Source: Candidatus Fervidifonticultor primus
Lineage (GTDB): Bacteria > Sysuimicrobiota > Sysuimicrobiia > Sysuimicrobiales > Humicultoraceae
Assembly (NCBI GenBank): GCA_031459855.1
Contig: JAVKHP010000001.1
Coordinates: forward strand, 1,424,429-1,488,428
Direction: 5' to 3'
DNA length: 64,000 nucleotides
Below are positions 10,593 to 20,024 of this stretch, in pieces (within the stretch, counting starts at the first letter, position 1; each line of letters begins with the position of its first letter). Under the pieces are notes generated by a model that ran no database searches, was not told the DNA's origin, and saw only the letters and a list, made by a program, of their open reading frames with translations. The translations under genes were made by a program, and so were the position numbers.

Positions 10593-11291
10593 CTAAACAC
10601 GCAACCAGCTCCGCACCACGGTCCCCAGCTTGCCGTCGAACTCGGCGCGTGGGCCTTCCAGCTGGTTGCGACCGAATTCCAGGGTGTACACGTAGTCGGC
10701 CAGCGCCACCGCAGCCCGGACGTTCTGATCCACCAGGACGATCGTGCGCCCTTCCTCGCGCAGGCGGGCGACCTCCGCGTAGACCTGGTCGGCGACCACG
10801 GGCGCCAGCCCCGCGGAGGGCTCGTCCAGCAGCAGCACCGAGGGGTCGGTGACCATCATGCGCGCGATCTCCACCGTGCGCTGCTGCCCGCCGCTCAGGC
10901 TGCCGGCCAGCCGGGTGCGCCACGCCTCCAGCATGGGGTAGCGCGCGTAGACGCGTGCGACCGCTTCCCGGCGGCGGGACGGGGGCAGGCTCCAGGCACC
11001 CAGCTCCAGGTTCTCGTGGACGGTCAGGCCGGGGAAGACCGACCGGCCCTGCGGGAGCAGGCCGAGGCCCAGCGTGACCCGCTGGTGCACGGGCACGGTG
11101 GTGATGTCGCGGTCCTGCATGACGACCCGTCCGCGCCGCGGGTGCACCAGCCCGTACAGCACCCGCAGAGCCGTCGACTTGCCCGACCCGTTGGGGCCCA
11201 GCACCGCCGTCAGGCTGCCCGCACGGGCGACGAGCGTCACGTCGTCGAGCACCACCTGCTCAGGGTAGTAACCAGCCACCACGTGCTCCAT
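10593..11291 (-). CDS. livF: branched-chain amino acid ABC transporter ATP-binding protein LivF
   Basis: ORF 10593..11357; Walker A GPNGSGKST, LSGGQQ signature; start trimmed to MEHVVAGYY. Confidence 0.85.
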   Translation of the reverse strand: MEHVVAGYYPEQVVLDDVTLVARAGSLTAVLGPNGSGKSTALRVLYGLVHPRRGRVVMQDRDITTVPVHQRVTLGLGLLPQGRSVFPGLTVHENLELGAWSLPPSRRREAVARVYARYPMLEAWRTRLAGSLSGGQQRTVEIARMMVTDPSVLLLDEPSAGLAPVVADQVYAEVARLREEGRTIVLVDQNVRAAVALADYVYTLEFGRNQLEGPRAEFDGKLGTVVRSWLRV

Positions 11292-11340
11292 GCGCAGCTC
11301 CGCCGGCGCCGGCGGGCGCTGGATGCCCGTACGGGTGGCG

Positions 11341-12060
11341 TCAGGCGCCGGTCGCATGGCCGAGGTACGCCTCGATGACCGCGCGGTCGTTGCGGACGCT
11401 GGCCGGGGTGCCGTCGGCGATGATGCGCCCCTGGTGCAGGCAGACGATCCGTTGCGACAGCGCCATCAGCACCGGGATCTCGTGACTCACCACGATGAAC
11501 GCCACGCCCTCCCGGCGCAGGGCGTCGATCCGCGCCGTCATCACCTGGGTCACCTCGGGGTGGACGCCCGCGAAGGGCTCGTCCATCAGGACCAGGCGGG
11601 GTGCCGTCATGAGGGCGCGGGCGAACTCCAGCAGGCGCTGCTGGCCGCCCGAGAGCTGGCTGGCCGGCACGTCCGCGTGGCGGTCCAGGCCGACCGCAGC
11701 CAGCAGGTCCAGCGCCCGTGCGCGCGCGGTACCGGGATCCACCGGCTGGTGCAGGAGCGGCACCAGCATGTTCTGCAGCACCGTCAGCGTGCGGAACACG
11801 CGGGTGTGCTGGAACGTGCGCATCACGCCCAGCGCCGCCAGCCGGTGCGGGGGCAGGCCCGCCGCGGGCTGTCCGTCGAGCCGCACCGTGCCGCGATCGG
11901 GCGCGTGGACGCCGTTGAGGGTGTTCAGCAGCGTGGTCTTCCCCGACCCGTTGGGGCCGATCACGCCCAGCACCGTGCCGGTCGGGAGGTCGAACGAGAC
12001 CCCGTCCAGCGCCACGATGCCACCGAACGTCTTGGTCAGCGTCCTGACCTCCAGCAACAC
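11341..12060 (-). CDS. livG: branched-chain amino acid ABC transporter ATP-binding protein LivG
   Basis: Walker A GPNGSGKTT, LSGGQQR signature; GTG start. Confidence 0.85.
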   Translation of the reverse strand: MLLEVRTLTKTFGGIVALDGVSFDLPTGTVLGVIGPNGSGKTTLLNTLNGVHAPDRGTVRLDGQPAAGLPPHRLAALGVMRTFQHTRVFRTLTVLQNMLVPLLHQPVDPGTARARALDLLAAVGLDRHADVPASQLSGGQQRLLEFARALMTAPRLVLMDEPFAGVHPEVTQVMTARIDALRREGVAFIVVSHEIPVLMALSQRIVCLHQGRIIADGTPASVRNDRAVIEAYLGHATGA

Positions 12061-12074
12061 GGGGCCCCCGCACC

Positions 12075-13292
12075 TCAGGGCATGGGGATGACGGGTTTGG
12101 CCGTCGCCCGCGCGGGCGGCCAGATCACCTGGTTGCGGCCCCCGAGGAACTGGACCAGCACCTGGTTGTAGCTCGGGATGCCGTCCTTGTCGTACTCGAT
12201 GAGCCCGTGCGCGGTGGCGAACTTGCGGCCCACCACGTAGGCCCGCAGCCTGGCCTGGTCGAGGGTGCCGGCGCCCTTGACCGCCTGCTCGAGCACCTGG
12301 AGGATCGTCAACGCTACGGTGGCGTACGCGGGGATCTCGCGGTACCCGAGCTTGGTCTGGAGGAAGGTGTGCAGCACCCCGATCTCCTTGAACTTGTCGG
12401 TCTGCGTGGCCATGGTGGTGCCGATGATGCCCTCACCCGCCGGGCCCAGGTCGCGCCAGTAGGGCAGCGTCGTCACCTGCGAGCCACACGCGCAGTAGAT
12501 GGCGGGCTTGAAGCCCTGCTCGCGTGCGGTGCGCGCCAGCAGCGCCGCCGGGTTGGGCAACGAGAGGGCGAAGAAGAGGTCGACCCCGGCGGCTTTGGCC
12601 CGCTGGATCAACCCGCTCACGTCGCTGACCGTCGGCGCGTACTCCTCGTTCAGCACCACGGGGATCCCGCGCTGCCGGGCGAAGTTCAGCACGCCGCCGT
12701 ACCCCTGGTAGCCGTTCTTCACCACCAGGGTGAAGGGGTTCTGCTCGGTGACCACGCCGATGCGGCGCGGCCGCTGGTCCGGCGGCAGGCTGTCGACCAG
12801 CTCGAAGATCCCCCGCGGGTAGTCGGGCTCCTGGTAGGTGTAGGCGCCCACGATCCACCGCGACTTCTTGAACAGCTCGATGCCGACGAACCCGCCGTTC
12901 CACAGGACCTTCTGGGCGGACTCCACGATGGGGATGACCGCTCCGCCCACGAGCGTGGTGTAGGGCGCCAGGACGAGGTCGACGTTGTCCTCTTTGAGCA
13001 GGCGCTGGTAGAGCGCCTGCGCCACCGCGGGCTTGCCCTCGTCGTCGTAGATGATCAGCCGCACCGGGCGGCCCAGCAGCCCGCCCTCGCGATTCACGCG
13101 GTCGGCCCAGTACTCGTAGATCGCCTTGTAGACCGCCGACGGACCGGAGAACGGGCCCGTCAGCCCCAGGCTGCCGCCGATCAGGACCGGTTTCGCCTCG
13201 GCCGGCCCGCCCGTGCCGGGCAGCCCGGCGACGGCGACCAGTACGAGCGCGGCCAGGGCCGCCGCCAGCCCGCGGCGTGTTCCGTACGTCAT
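12075..13292 (-). CDS. branched-chain amino acid ABC transporter substrate-binding protein (LivK/LivJ family)
   Basis: 405 aa with signal peptide; type-I periplasmic binding fold typical of Leu/Ile/Val-binding proteins. Confidence 0.85.
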   Translation of the reverse strand: MTYGTRRGLAAALAALVLVAVAGLPGTGGPAEAKPVLIGGSLGLTGPFSGPSAVYKAIYEYWADRVNREGGLLGRPVRLIIYDDEGKPAVAQALYQRLLKEDNVDLVLAPYTTLVGGAVIPIVESAQKVLWNGGFVGIELFKKSRWIVGAYTYQEPDYPRGIFELVDSLPPDQRPRRIGVVTEQNPFTLVVKNGYQGYGGVLNFARQRGIPVVLNEEYAPTVSDVSGLIQRAKAAGVDLFFALSLPNPAALLARTAREQGFKPAIYCACGSQVTTLPYWRDLGPAGEGIIGTTMATQTDKFKEIGVLHTFLQTKLGYREIPAYATVALTILQVLEQAVKGAGTLDQARLRAYVVGRKFATAHGLIEYDKDGIPSYNQVLVQFLGGRNQVIWPPARATAKPVIPMP

Positions 13293-13341
13293 GTGCCGTC
13301 ACCTCCTGGTCGTGCGCTGCCAGATGCGCGCAGTGCACGTC

Positions 13342-14739
13342 TCACTGCAGCAACCCCAGCGGTTCCTCGATCAGGTCGGCCAGCGTCTGCAGGAACGCTG
13401 CCCCCCGCGCGCCGTCGACGACCCGGTGGTCGCACGACAGCGCGAGCCACACCATCGGCCGGATCGCTGCGCGGGTGCCGGCGGGCACGACGCGCGGCGC
13501 GATGCGCCCCACGGCCAGGATGGCGGCCTGGGGCGGGTTGATGATGGCCGTGAAGGCGTCGATGCCGTACATGCCCAGGTTGCTGATGGTGAAGGTGCCG
13601 CCGGCTAGGTCCTCGGGGCGCAGCCGGCCGGCCCGCGCCCGCTCCACCAGCGTCGCGCGACGCCGGGCGATCTCGTCCAGCGGCAGCCGGTCGGCGCCGG
13701 CGATCACCGGCACCACCAGCCCGTCGTCCGTGGCCACCGCGATGCCCACGTTGATCGCCTCGCCGTCGACGATCGTGCCCTGGTGCCACCGCGCGTACAC
13801 CCGTGGGTGCTCGCGCAGCGCCATCGCCACCAGCTTCACCAGCAGGTCGGTGTAGGTCAGGTCGACCCCAAGCCGCGCCGCGGCCTTCTCCCGCCAGGTC
13901 ACGAGCCGTCCGGCGTGCACCTCGCGCAGCAGGAAGAAATGGGGCACCGACGTCCAGCTCTGCGTCGTGCGCTCGGCCATCAGCCGCCAGACGGTCGGCA
14001 GGGCGGCAGCCGCGGCCGGCGCTGCCGCCGGCGCCGGGCCGGCTGCGGGCGCGGCACCCGGTCCCACCAGGAGCGCCGGGCCGGCTGCGGACGCGGCACT
14101 CGGCCCTGCCACGGGCGCCGGACCCGCCACCGGCGCGGCCGCACCCGCACCCGTCCGCACGGCCGCCAGCACGTCGGCAGCGAGCACCGCACCTCCCGGG
14201 CCGGAGCCGGACCCGGCCAGCGTCCGCAGGTCGACCCCGTGTTCGGCCGCCAGCCGCCGCGCTTTGGGTGAGGCGGCCACACGACCGCCCCGTGCGGCAG
14301 ACGCCGGGGCCGATCCAGGTGCCGGGGGCAGCGCGGCTGCAGGCGACGCAGAGGCCGCAGACGCAGCTTCAGCCGGCACCACGCTCGCTGGCGCCTGCGC
14401 GGGTGCTGGCGGCGACGGTGCCACCGTCGCTGGCGCGGCTGGGGCGGCCCCAGCCTCGACGATGGACGGCCCCACCTGCTCCGCTTGGCCCCGGGCCTCC
14501 GCCGGCGCCAGGATCCGCGCGATGACCCGGCCCACCGGCACCTCGTCGCCCTCGGCCGCCGACACCTCGGCCAGCACCCCCGAGGCCGGCGCCTCCAGCT
14601 CGACGGTGGCCTTGTCGGTCTCGATCTCCAGCAGCGGCTCGCCCTCGCGGACGCTGTCGCCCTCGCGCTTGAGCCAGCGCAGCACCTTGCCCGTTTCCTG
14701 GGCCATGCCCAGGGCCGGCATGATGACGTCGGTCGGCAC
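13342..14739 (-). CDS. 2-oxoacid dehydrogenase E2 component (dihydrolipoamide acyltransferase)
   Basis: Lipoyl domain (EIETDKATVELEAP), long Ala/Pro linker, catalytic domain with DHRVVDGA; GTG start with AGGAGG 6 nt upstream. Confidence 0.9.
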   Translation of the reverse strand: MPTDVIMPALGMAQETGKVLRWLKREGDSVREGEPLLEIETDKATVELEAPASGVLAEVSAAEGDEVPVGRVIARILAPAEARGQAEQVGPSIVEAGAAPAAPATVAPSPPAPAQAPASVVPAEAASAASASPAAALPPAPGSAPASAARGGRVAASPKARRLAAEHGVDLRTLAGSGSGPGGAVLAADVLAAVRTGAGAAAPVAGPAPVAGPSAASAAGPALLVGPGAAPAAGPAPAAAPAAAAALPTVWRLMAERTTQSWTSVPHFFLLREVHAGRLVTWREKAAARLGVDLTYTDLLVKLVAMALREHPRVYARWHQGTIVDGEAINVGIAVATDDGLVVPVIAGADRLPLDEIARRRATLVERARAGRLRPEDLAGGTFTISNLGMYGIDAFTAIINPPQAAILAVGRIAPRVVPAGTRAAIRPMVWLALSCDHRVVDGARGAAFLQTLADLIEEPLGLLQ

Positions 14740-14748
14740 GCGCGCCTC

Positions 14749-16095
14749 CTACCGCGCCGGCGCCTGGCTGCCTTCGACCGCGGCGCCGGCCATCACGGCC
14801 TCCAGCGGGCTCGTCGCCCGGTTCTTGTGCGACTCGGTCTCCCGGGTGGTCTCCAGCGGGCCCGTGGCCGTGTAGTAGCGGCGCCCGGCCACCATGAGCT
14901 TCTCGGCCGGGAAGCGGGTGATGACCTCGCAGCCGTCCTTCGTCACCACCAGCTGTTCCTCGATGCGCGCCGCCGACCACCCATCGGCCGCGGGCCAGAA
15001 CGTCTCCAGGGCGAACACCATGTTCTCCTCGATGACCTCGGGGGCGTCGAACGACACCAGCCGGCTGAAGATCGGCTTCTCCCAGATCGAGAGGCCGACG
15101 CCGTGGCCGTACTGCAGCGCGAACGCCGCTTCCTCGTTGGGGAAGCCGAACTCCTGTGCCTTGGGCCACACCCGCACCACGTCGGCCGTGGTGGCGCCGG
15201 GACGGATCAGGGCGATGGCCGCGTCCAGGTAGTCGCGGCACCGCTTGTAGGCGTCCACCTGCGCCTGGCTCGCGCTGCCGATGACGAAGGTGCGGTAGTA
15301 GCACGTGCGGTACCCCAGGAAGGCGTGCAGGATGTCGAAGTAGACCGGGTCGCCCGGCCGCAGCACCCGGTCGGTGTAGACGTGCGGGTGCGGGCTGCAG
15401 CGCTCGCCCGAGATGGCGTTGACGCCCTCCACGTGCTCGGAGCCCAGCTCGTAGAGCACCTTGTTCACCAGCGCCACGCACTCGTTCTCCCGCATACCGG
15501 GCCGCATCGCCTCGTAGAGCGCCTCGTAGGCCGCATCCACCATCATGCAGGCCGTGGTCAGCAGGACGATCTCGTCCTGGGTCTTGATCTTGCGGACCTC
15601 CTGCATCAGCGCCTGGCCGTCCACCACCGTGAGGCCCTCGGCCCGCAGGGCCTCCAGGACCGGCACCTCCACCACGTCCACGCCCAGGGGCTCGCGGTGC
15701 AGGTTGCGGGCCTCGAGCTCGACGCGGATCTTGCGGGCGACGTCCCGCGCCTGTCCCGGGTAGGCGCCGCGCAGGGTCGAGATGCCGGCCCGCGACCGCT
15801 CGCCCAGCCACGGGCAGTAGAGCTGGTGGTGGCGCGCCGCCGAGCCGAAGTCCCACAGGATCGGCTCGTCGTCCTGGGGCAGCAGCGCAAAGCGCACCAG
15901 CTTGTCCATGGCCCAGGTGCCGATGTGGGTGGCGGTGATGTACCGGATGTTGTTCATGTCGAAGCACAGCAGCGCGCCCAGCTCCGAGGCCTTCAGGAAC
16001 CGCTTGGCGCGGGCCAGCCGCTCGCGGCGGAGCCGCTCCATGTCGACCCGCTGCTCCCAGTCCACGTGCATGAGGCCGAACGTCTTGAGTCCCAT
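14749..16095 (-). CDS. M24 family metallohydrolase (creatinase/prolidase-like; ectoine-hydrolase-like)
   Basis: 448 aa, creatinase-N plus M24 domain; ATG preceded by GGGAGGGAGG RBS; inserted between E1beta and E2 genes. Confidence 0.8.
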   Translation of the reverse strand: MGLKTFGLMHVDWEQRVDMERLRRERLARAKRFLKASELGALLCFDMNNIRYITATHIGTWAMDKLVRFALLPQDDEPILWDFGSAARHHQLYCPWLGERSRAGISTLRGAYPGQARDVARKIRVELEARNLHREPLGVDVVEVPVLEALRAEGLTVVDGQALMQEVRKIKTQDEIVLLTTACMMVDAAYEALYEAMRPGMRENECVALVNKVLYELGSEHVEGVNAISGERCSPHPHVYTDRVLRPGDPVYFDILHAFLGYRTCYYRTFVIGSASQAQVDAYKRCRDYLDAAIALIRPGATTADVVRVWPKAQEFGFPNEEAAFALQYGHGVGLSIWEKPIFSRLVSFDAPEVIEENMVFALETFWPAADGWSAARIEEQLVVTKDGCEVITRFPAEKLMVAGRRYYTATGPLETTRETESHKNRATSPLEAVMAGAAVEGSQAPAR

Positions 16096-16123
16096 CGTCC
16101 TCCCTCCCGTCGCGCAGGCGGTC

Positions 16124-17149
16124 TCAGCGCGTGCCGCAGAGTTCCCGCGCCACGGCCGCGACCCGCTCGGCCGTCGGCACGGTCAGGTCCTCCAGCACCG
16201 GCGAGAACGGCACCGGCACGTGCATGGCGCCGAGCCGCCGCACCGGCGCGTCGAGGTCGTAGAAGGCGCCCTCGGCGATCACCGCGGCGAGCTCCCCGGT
16301 GACCCCGTACTTCTCGTAGCCCTCGTCCACCACGATGACGCGGCCGGTCTTGCGGGCCGACGCCACCAGGGTCTCCACGTCCAGGGGCACGGTGGTCCGC
16401 GGGTCCACCACCTCGGCCTCGATCCCCTCGCCGGCCAGCAGCTCGGCGGCGGCCAGTGCCACGTGCACCATGCTGCTGGTGGCCACGATGGTCACGTCGC
16501 GCCCCGCGCGTTTCACGTCGGCGACGCCCAGGGGGATCACGTAGTCGTCCGCCGGCACCGGCCCCTTGAGCTGGTAGGTCATCTTGTCCTCGAAGACGAT
16601 CACCGGGTTGTCGTCGCGGATGGCGGCTTTCAGCAGGCCCTTGGCGTCGTAGGGCGTGGAGGGCAGGGCCACCTTCAGGCCGGGGACGTGGCAGAGCCAG
16701 GCGTGCAGGCTCTGGCTGTGCTGGGCGGCCGAGCGGCGCGTGGCGCCCAGCGTCGTGCGGACGACCATGGGGACCCTGAGCTTGCCGCCCGACATGTAGT
16801 GGACCTTGGCGGCCTGGTTGACGATCTGGTCCATGGCCAGCGTGATGAAGTCGCCGAACATGATGTCCACCACGGGCCGCATGCCGGTCATGGCGGCGCC
16901 GACGGCGATGCCCGTGAATCCCGCCTCGGAGATGGGCGTGTCGATGACGCGGTCGCGGCCGAACTCCTCGACCAGGCCCGTCAGCACCTTGAAGGGGTGG
17001 CCCGCTTCGGCCACGTCCTCGCCGATGATGAACACCCGCGGGTCGCGGCGCATCTCCTCGGCCAACGCCTCGCGCACCGCCTGCGCGAAGGTGAGCTCCC
17101 GGACCTCCGGGGCAGTGGCGGGCTGGACCTGCGCGCTAGGCATAGACAT
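16124..17149 (-). CDS. 2-oxoacid dehydrogenase E1 component beta subunit
   Basis: ORF 16124..17206 trimmed to MSMPSAQV...; transketolase-like Pyr and C-terminal domains of PDH/BCKDH E1beta. Confidence 0.9.
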   Translation of the reverse strand: MSMPSAQVQPATAPEVRELTFAQAVREALAEEMRRDPRVFIIGEDVAEAGHPFKVLTGLVEEFGRDRVIDTPISEAGFTGIAVGAAMTGMRPVVDIMFGDFITLAMDQIVNQAAKVHYMSGGKLRVPMVVRTTLGATRRSAAQHSQSLHAWLCHVPGLKVALPSTPYDAKGLLKAAIRDDNPVIVFEDKMTYQLKGPVPADDYVIPLGVADVKRAGRDVTIVATSSMVHVALAAAELLAGEGIEAEVVDPRTTVPLDVETLVASARKTGRVIVVDEGYEKYGVTGELAAVIAEGAFYDLDAPVRRLGAMHVPVPFSPVLEDLTVPTAERVAAVARELCGTR

Positions 17150-18137
17150 GCTGGTCCACCTCGCTCGCGTCGGGATAGGGGGCGTCCAGCGCGAAGGCCA
17201 GGCCACGGGCGATCTCCTCCCGCACCTTGGCGTCGAGCTGCGCCAGCAGGGCGGCGTCGGCGATGCCGTGGGCCGTCATCCACCGGGCCAGCAGCGTCAG
17301 CGGGTCACGCTCGGTCATCCACCACTGTTCCTCCTCGCGCGTGCGGTAGGCCCGGTTGACGTCGCCCACGTGGTGACCGCGGTACCGGTAGGTGTGGCAG
17401 AGCAGGAACGACGGCCCCTCGCCGGCCCGCGCCCGCGCCACCGCCGCGCGCGCCGCGCGCAGCACGGCGCGGACGTCCTGGCCGTCCACCTCCGTGCAGG
17501 GAATCCCAAACGCTTCGGGCCGCGCCGTCATGGAGCCGGCGGTCGTCTCGCTGGCCGGCGTGTACTCGTTGTAGAGGTTGTTCTCGCACACGTAGACGAC
17601 CGGCAGGCGCCACAGCGATGCCATGTTCATCGCCTCGTAGAGCAGGCCCTGGCCCAGCGCGCCCTCCCCGAAGAAGCACACCGCCACCTGGTCCGTCCCG
17701 CGCATCCTGGCCGACAGTGCCGCGCCGGCGGCGATGCCGGCCGAGCCCCCCACGATGGCGTTGGCGCCCAGGTTGCCCACCTCGGGGTCGGCGATGTGCA
17801 TCGACCCGCCCTTGCCTCGACAGTAGCCCGCGGCCTTCCCCAGCAGCTCGGCGAACATGCGGTCCACCGATGCGCCCTTGGCCAGGCAGTGGCCGTGGCC
17901 GCGGTGGGTGCTGGTGATGTAGTCGTCGCGCCGCAGCGCGGCGCACACCCCCACGGCCACCGCCTCCTCGCCGATGTAGAGGTGGGCGAGTCCGGGCATG
18001 CGGGCGCTGGTGTACAGCTCGTTGACCTGTTCTTCGAACCGCCGGATGGTCAGCATCTGCCGGTACAGGGCCCGCCACTGCTCGGGCCGGACGTCGGCCA
18101 GCTCGTCGCGGGGCGAGATCTCGGTCGCTCGCGTCAT
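17136..18137 (-). CDS. 2-oxoacid dehydrogenase E1 component alpha subunit (TPP-binding)
   Basis: ORF 17136..19028 trimmed to MTRATEIS...; TPP motif GDGA...NN; ATG overlaps mmsB-like stop (ATGA). Confidence 0.9.
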   Translation of the reverse strand: MTRATEISPRDELADVRPEQWRALYRQMLTIRRFEEQVNELYTSARMPGLAHLYIGEEAVAVGVCAALRRDDYITSTHRGHGHCLAKGASVDRMFAELLGKAAGYCRGKGGSMHIADPEVGNLGANAIVGGSAGIAAGAALSARMRGTDQVAVCFFGEGALGQGLLYEAMNMASLWRLPVVYVCENNLYNEYTPASETTAGSMTARPEAFGIPCTEVDGQDVRAVLRAARAAVARARAGEGPSFLLCHTYRYRGHHVGDVNRAYRTREEEQWWMTERDPLTLLARWMTAHGIADAALLAQLDAKVREEIARGLAFALDAPYPDASEVDQHVYA

Positions 18138-19021
18138 GGGTGCCCTCCCCCACCGGCCATGTCGGCCAGCACGTTGAACAGCGCCGCGAAGTCGCGATGG
18201 CCGTAGCCCATGGCGCGTGCCGCGCTCAGGAACTCGTTGGTCAGGGCGGTGGTGGGCAGCGGCACGCCCGCCTGGCGGCCCAGCTCCAGCGCCAGCAGCA
18301 GGTCCTTCTGCATCATGCGGCAGTCGAACCAGGCCTCCGGCGGCGGGGCCAGCACCAGCGGGCCCCGGTAGACCAGCATCGGCGAGGCGGCGACGCTGCG
18401 CAGCAGCACCTCCACGGCCGTCGCGCGCGGGATCCCGTTCTTCTCGGCCAGCAGCACGCCCTCTGAGAACGCCAGCATCTGCACGGCTAGGCTCAGGTTG
18501 GTGGCGATCTTCATGGTGACGGCCAGCCCCTGGGCGCCCACGTAGGTCACCGTCGGCCCGATCGCTTCCAGGACCGGCCGCACCCGCTCCAGGACCTCGC
18601 GGTCCCCGCCCACCATGATGGAGAGCCGGCCTTCCTCCAGCGTGGTCACGCTGCCCGAGACCGGGGCGTCGAGCATGTGCGCCCCGCGCGCCGCGACCTC
18701 GGCGGCCAGGGCCCGGCTCTCCGCGGGGCTCACGGTGCTCATGTCGATGTACACCGTGCCGGGGCGCAGGCCCGCCAGGATGCCGTCGGGCCCGCGGGTC
18801 ACCGCGCGCAGGGCGTCGGTGTCCGCCATCATGGTGATGACCACGTCGGCCGCCTCGGCCACCGCCCGCGGCGAGTCGGCCCAGCGCATGCCCAGGTCCA
18901 CCAGCCACTGCGCCTTGGCCCGGGTGCGGTTGTAGCCGACCACCGGGTACCCGGCGTCCAGCAGCCGCTTGGCCATGCGGCTGCCCATCACGCCCAGTCC
19001 GACGAACCCGACCTGCGTCAT
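18134..19021 (-). CDS. NAD-dependent 3-hydroxyisobutyrate dehydrogenase-like oxidoreductase (6PGDH-fold)
   Basis: N-terminal GFVGLGVMGSRMA Rossmann motif, HIBADH/tartronate-semialdehyde-reductase family; ATGA overlap with GntR stop. Confidence 0.8.
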   Translation of the reverse strand: MTQVGFVGLGVMGSRMAKRLLDAGYPVVGYNRTRAKAQWLVDLGMRWADSPRAVAEAADVVITMMADTDALRAVTRGPDGILAGLRPGTVYIDMSTVSPAESRALAAEVAARGAHMLDAPVSGSVTTLEEGRLSIMVGGDREVLERVRPVLEAIGPTVTYVGAQGLAVTMKIATNLSLAVQMLAFSEGVLLAEKNGIPRATAVEVLLRSVAASPMLVYRGPLVLAPPPEAWFDCRMMQKDLLLALELGRQAGVPLPTTALTNEFLSAARAMGYGHRDFAALFNVLADMAGGGGHP

Positions 19022-19737
19022 GCCTCACCCTGCCCCAGCAACACGCTGCGGATGTCCCGCTCGACCCGGCCCAGGTGCTCGCGCATCCGACGGCGGGCGG
19101 CCTCCGCGTCGCCGGCGCTGATCGCCGCCACGATCTGCCGGTGCTGCTGGATCGACCGCTGCGGGCTGCCGGGAATGTGGTAGACCTGCGCCAGCGCCCG
19201 GTGCAGGGTGTCGCGGATCGCGTGCATCATGCGAAGCGCCAGGCGGTTGCGGGTGGCCGTGGCCACGGCCAGGTGGAACCGCAGGTCGGCGCCGATGTAC
19301 TGGTCCTGGGCGCCCAGCCCGGCCTCCATGTCGGCGATGGCGGCCGCCATCTGCCGGAGGTCGTCGTCGCTCCGGCGCAGCGCGGCCAGCCCCGCCGCTT
19401 CCACCTCGAGGATCTTGCGGACCTCGTAGACCTCCAGCAGGGTAGCCTCCTCGAGCTCGAGGAGGAGGTGGAGGGAGTGGCGCAGCGGGTTGCCGTAGTC
19501 GGCCACCTGGAACGTACCGTTGGCCGACGCCCGGATGAGGCCGCGCGACTCCAGCATGCGCAGGGCCTCGCGCACCGAGGAGCGCCCGACCCGGTACCGC
19601 TGCATCAGCTCGCGCTCGGTGGGCAGCGGGTCGCCCGGGCGCAGCCCGCGGTCGCCGATCAGCTCCTCCAGCCGCTCGGCCACCAGCTCGTAGACCTTGC
19701 GGCGTTCGATGGGCGCGGTCGCGATGTCGATGTGTGG
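19018..19737 (-). CDS. GntR family transcriptional regulator (FadR/FCD subfamily)
   Basis: ORF 19018..19782; winged HTH (RELMQRYRVGRSSVREAL) plus FCD domain; likely TTG start after AGGAGGT; first gene of the long minus-strand array. Confidence 0.8.
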   Translation of the reverse strand, partial: PHIDIATAPIERRKVYELVAERLEELIGDRGLRPGDPLPTERELMQRYRVGRSSVREALRMLESRGLIRASANGTFQVADYGNPLRHSLHLLLELEEATLLEVYEVRKILEVEAAGLAALRRSDDDLRQMAAAIADMEAGLGAQDQYIGADLRFHLAVATATRNRLALRMMHAIRDTLHRALAQVYHIPGSPQRSIQQHRQIVAAISAGDAEAARRRMREHLGRVERDIRSVLLGQGEA

Positions 19738-20024
19738 CAAGCTGCTACCTCCTGGATGTCGGACCAGCTGATCGTCTGACACGAGCCCTCAGGAGACTTC
19801 CCTCCGCACCTGGCGTCTTCCTCCGACACGGGCGGCTGCGGCACGTCCCGACCGGCGGGCGCTGCGCTCGCCGCGCAGCGCCGCGAATGCCGCTGGCGGC
19901 ACGTCCCCACCGGCGCTGCCGACATCTGCCCGCCTGCGCTACTCGATGCCGCGCCTCCGGGTTCGCCTCGTGCAGAACCTCTTCCCACGTGCGCGTGCCG
20001 CTCGTTGCCGCGCCCCCCACGGGT

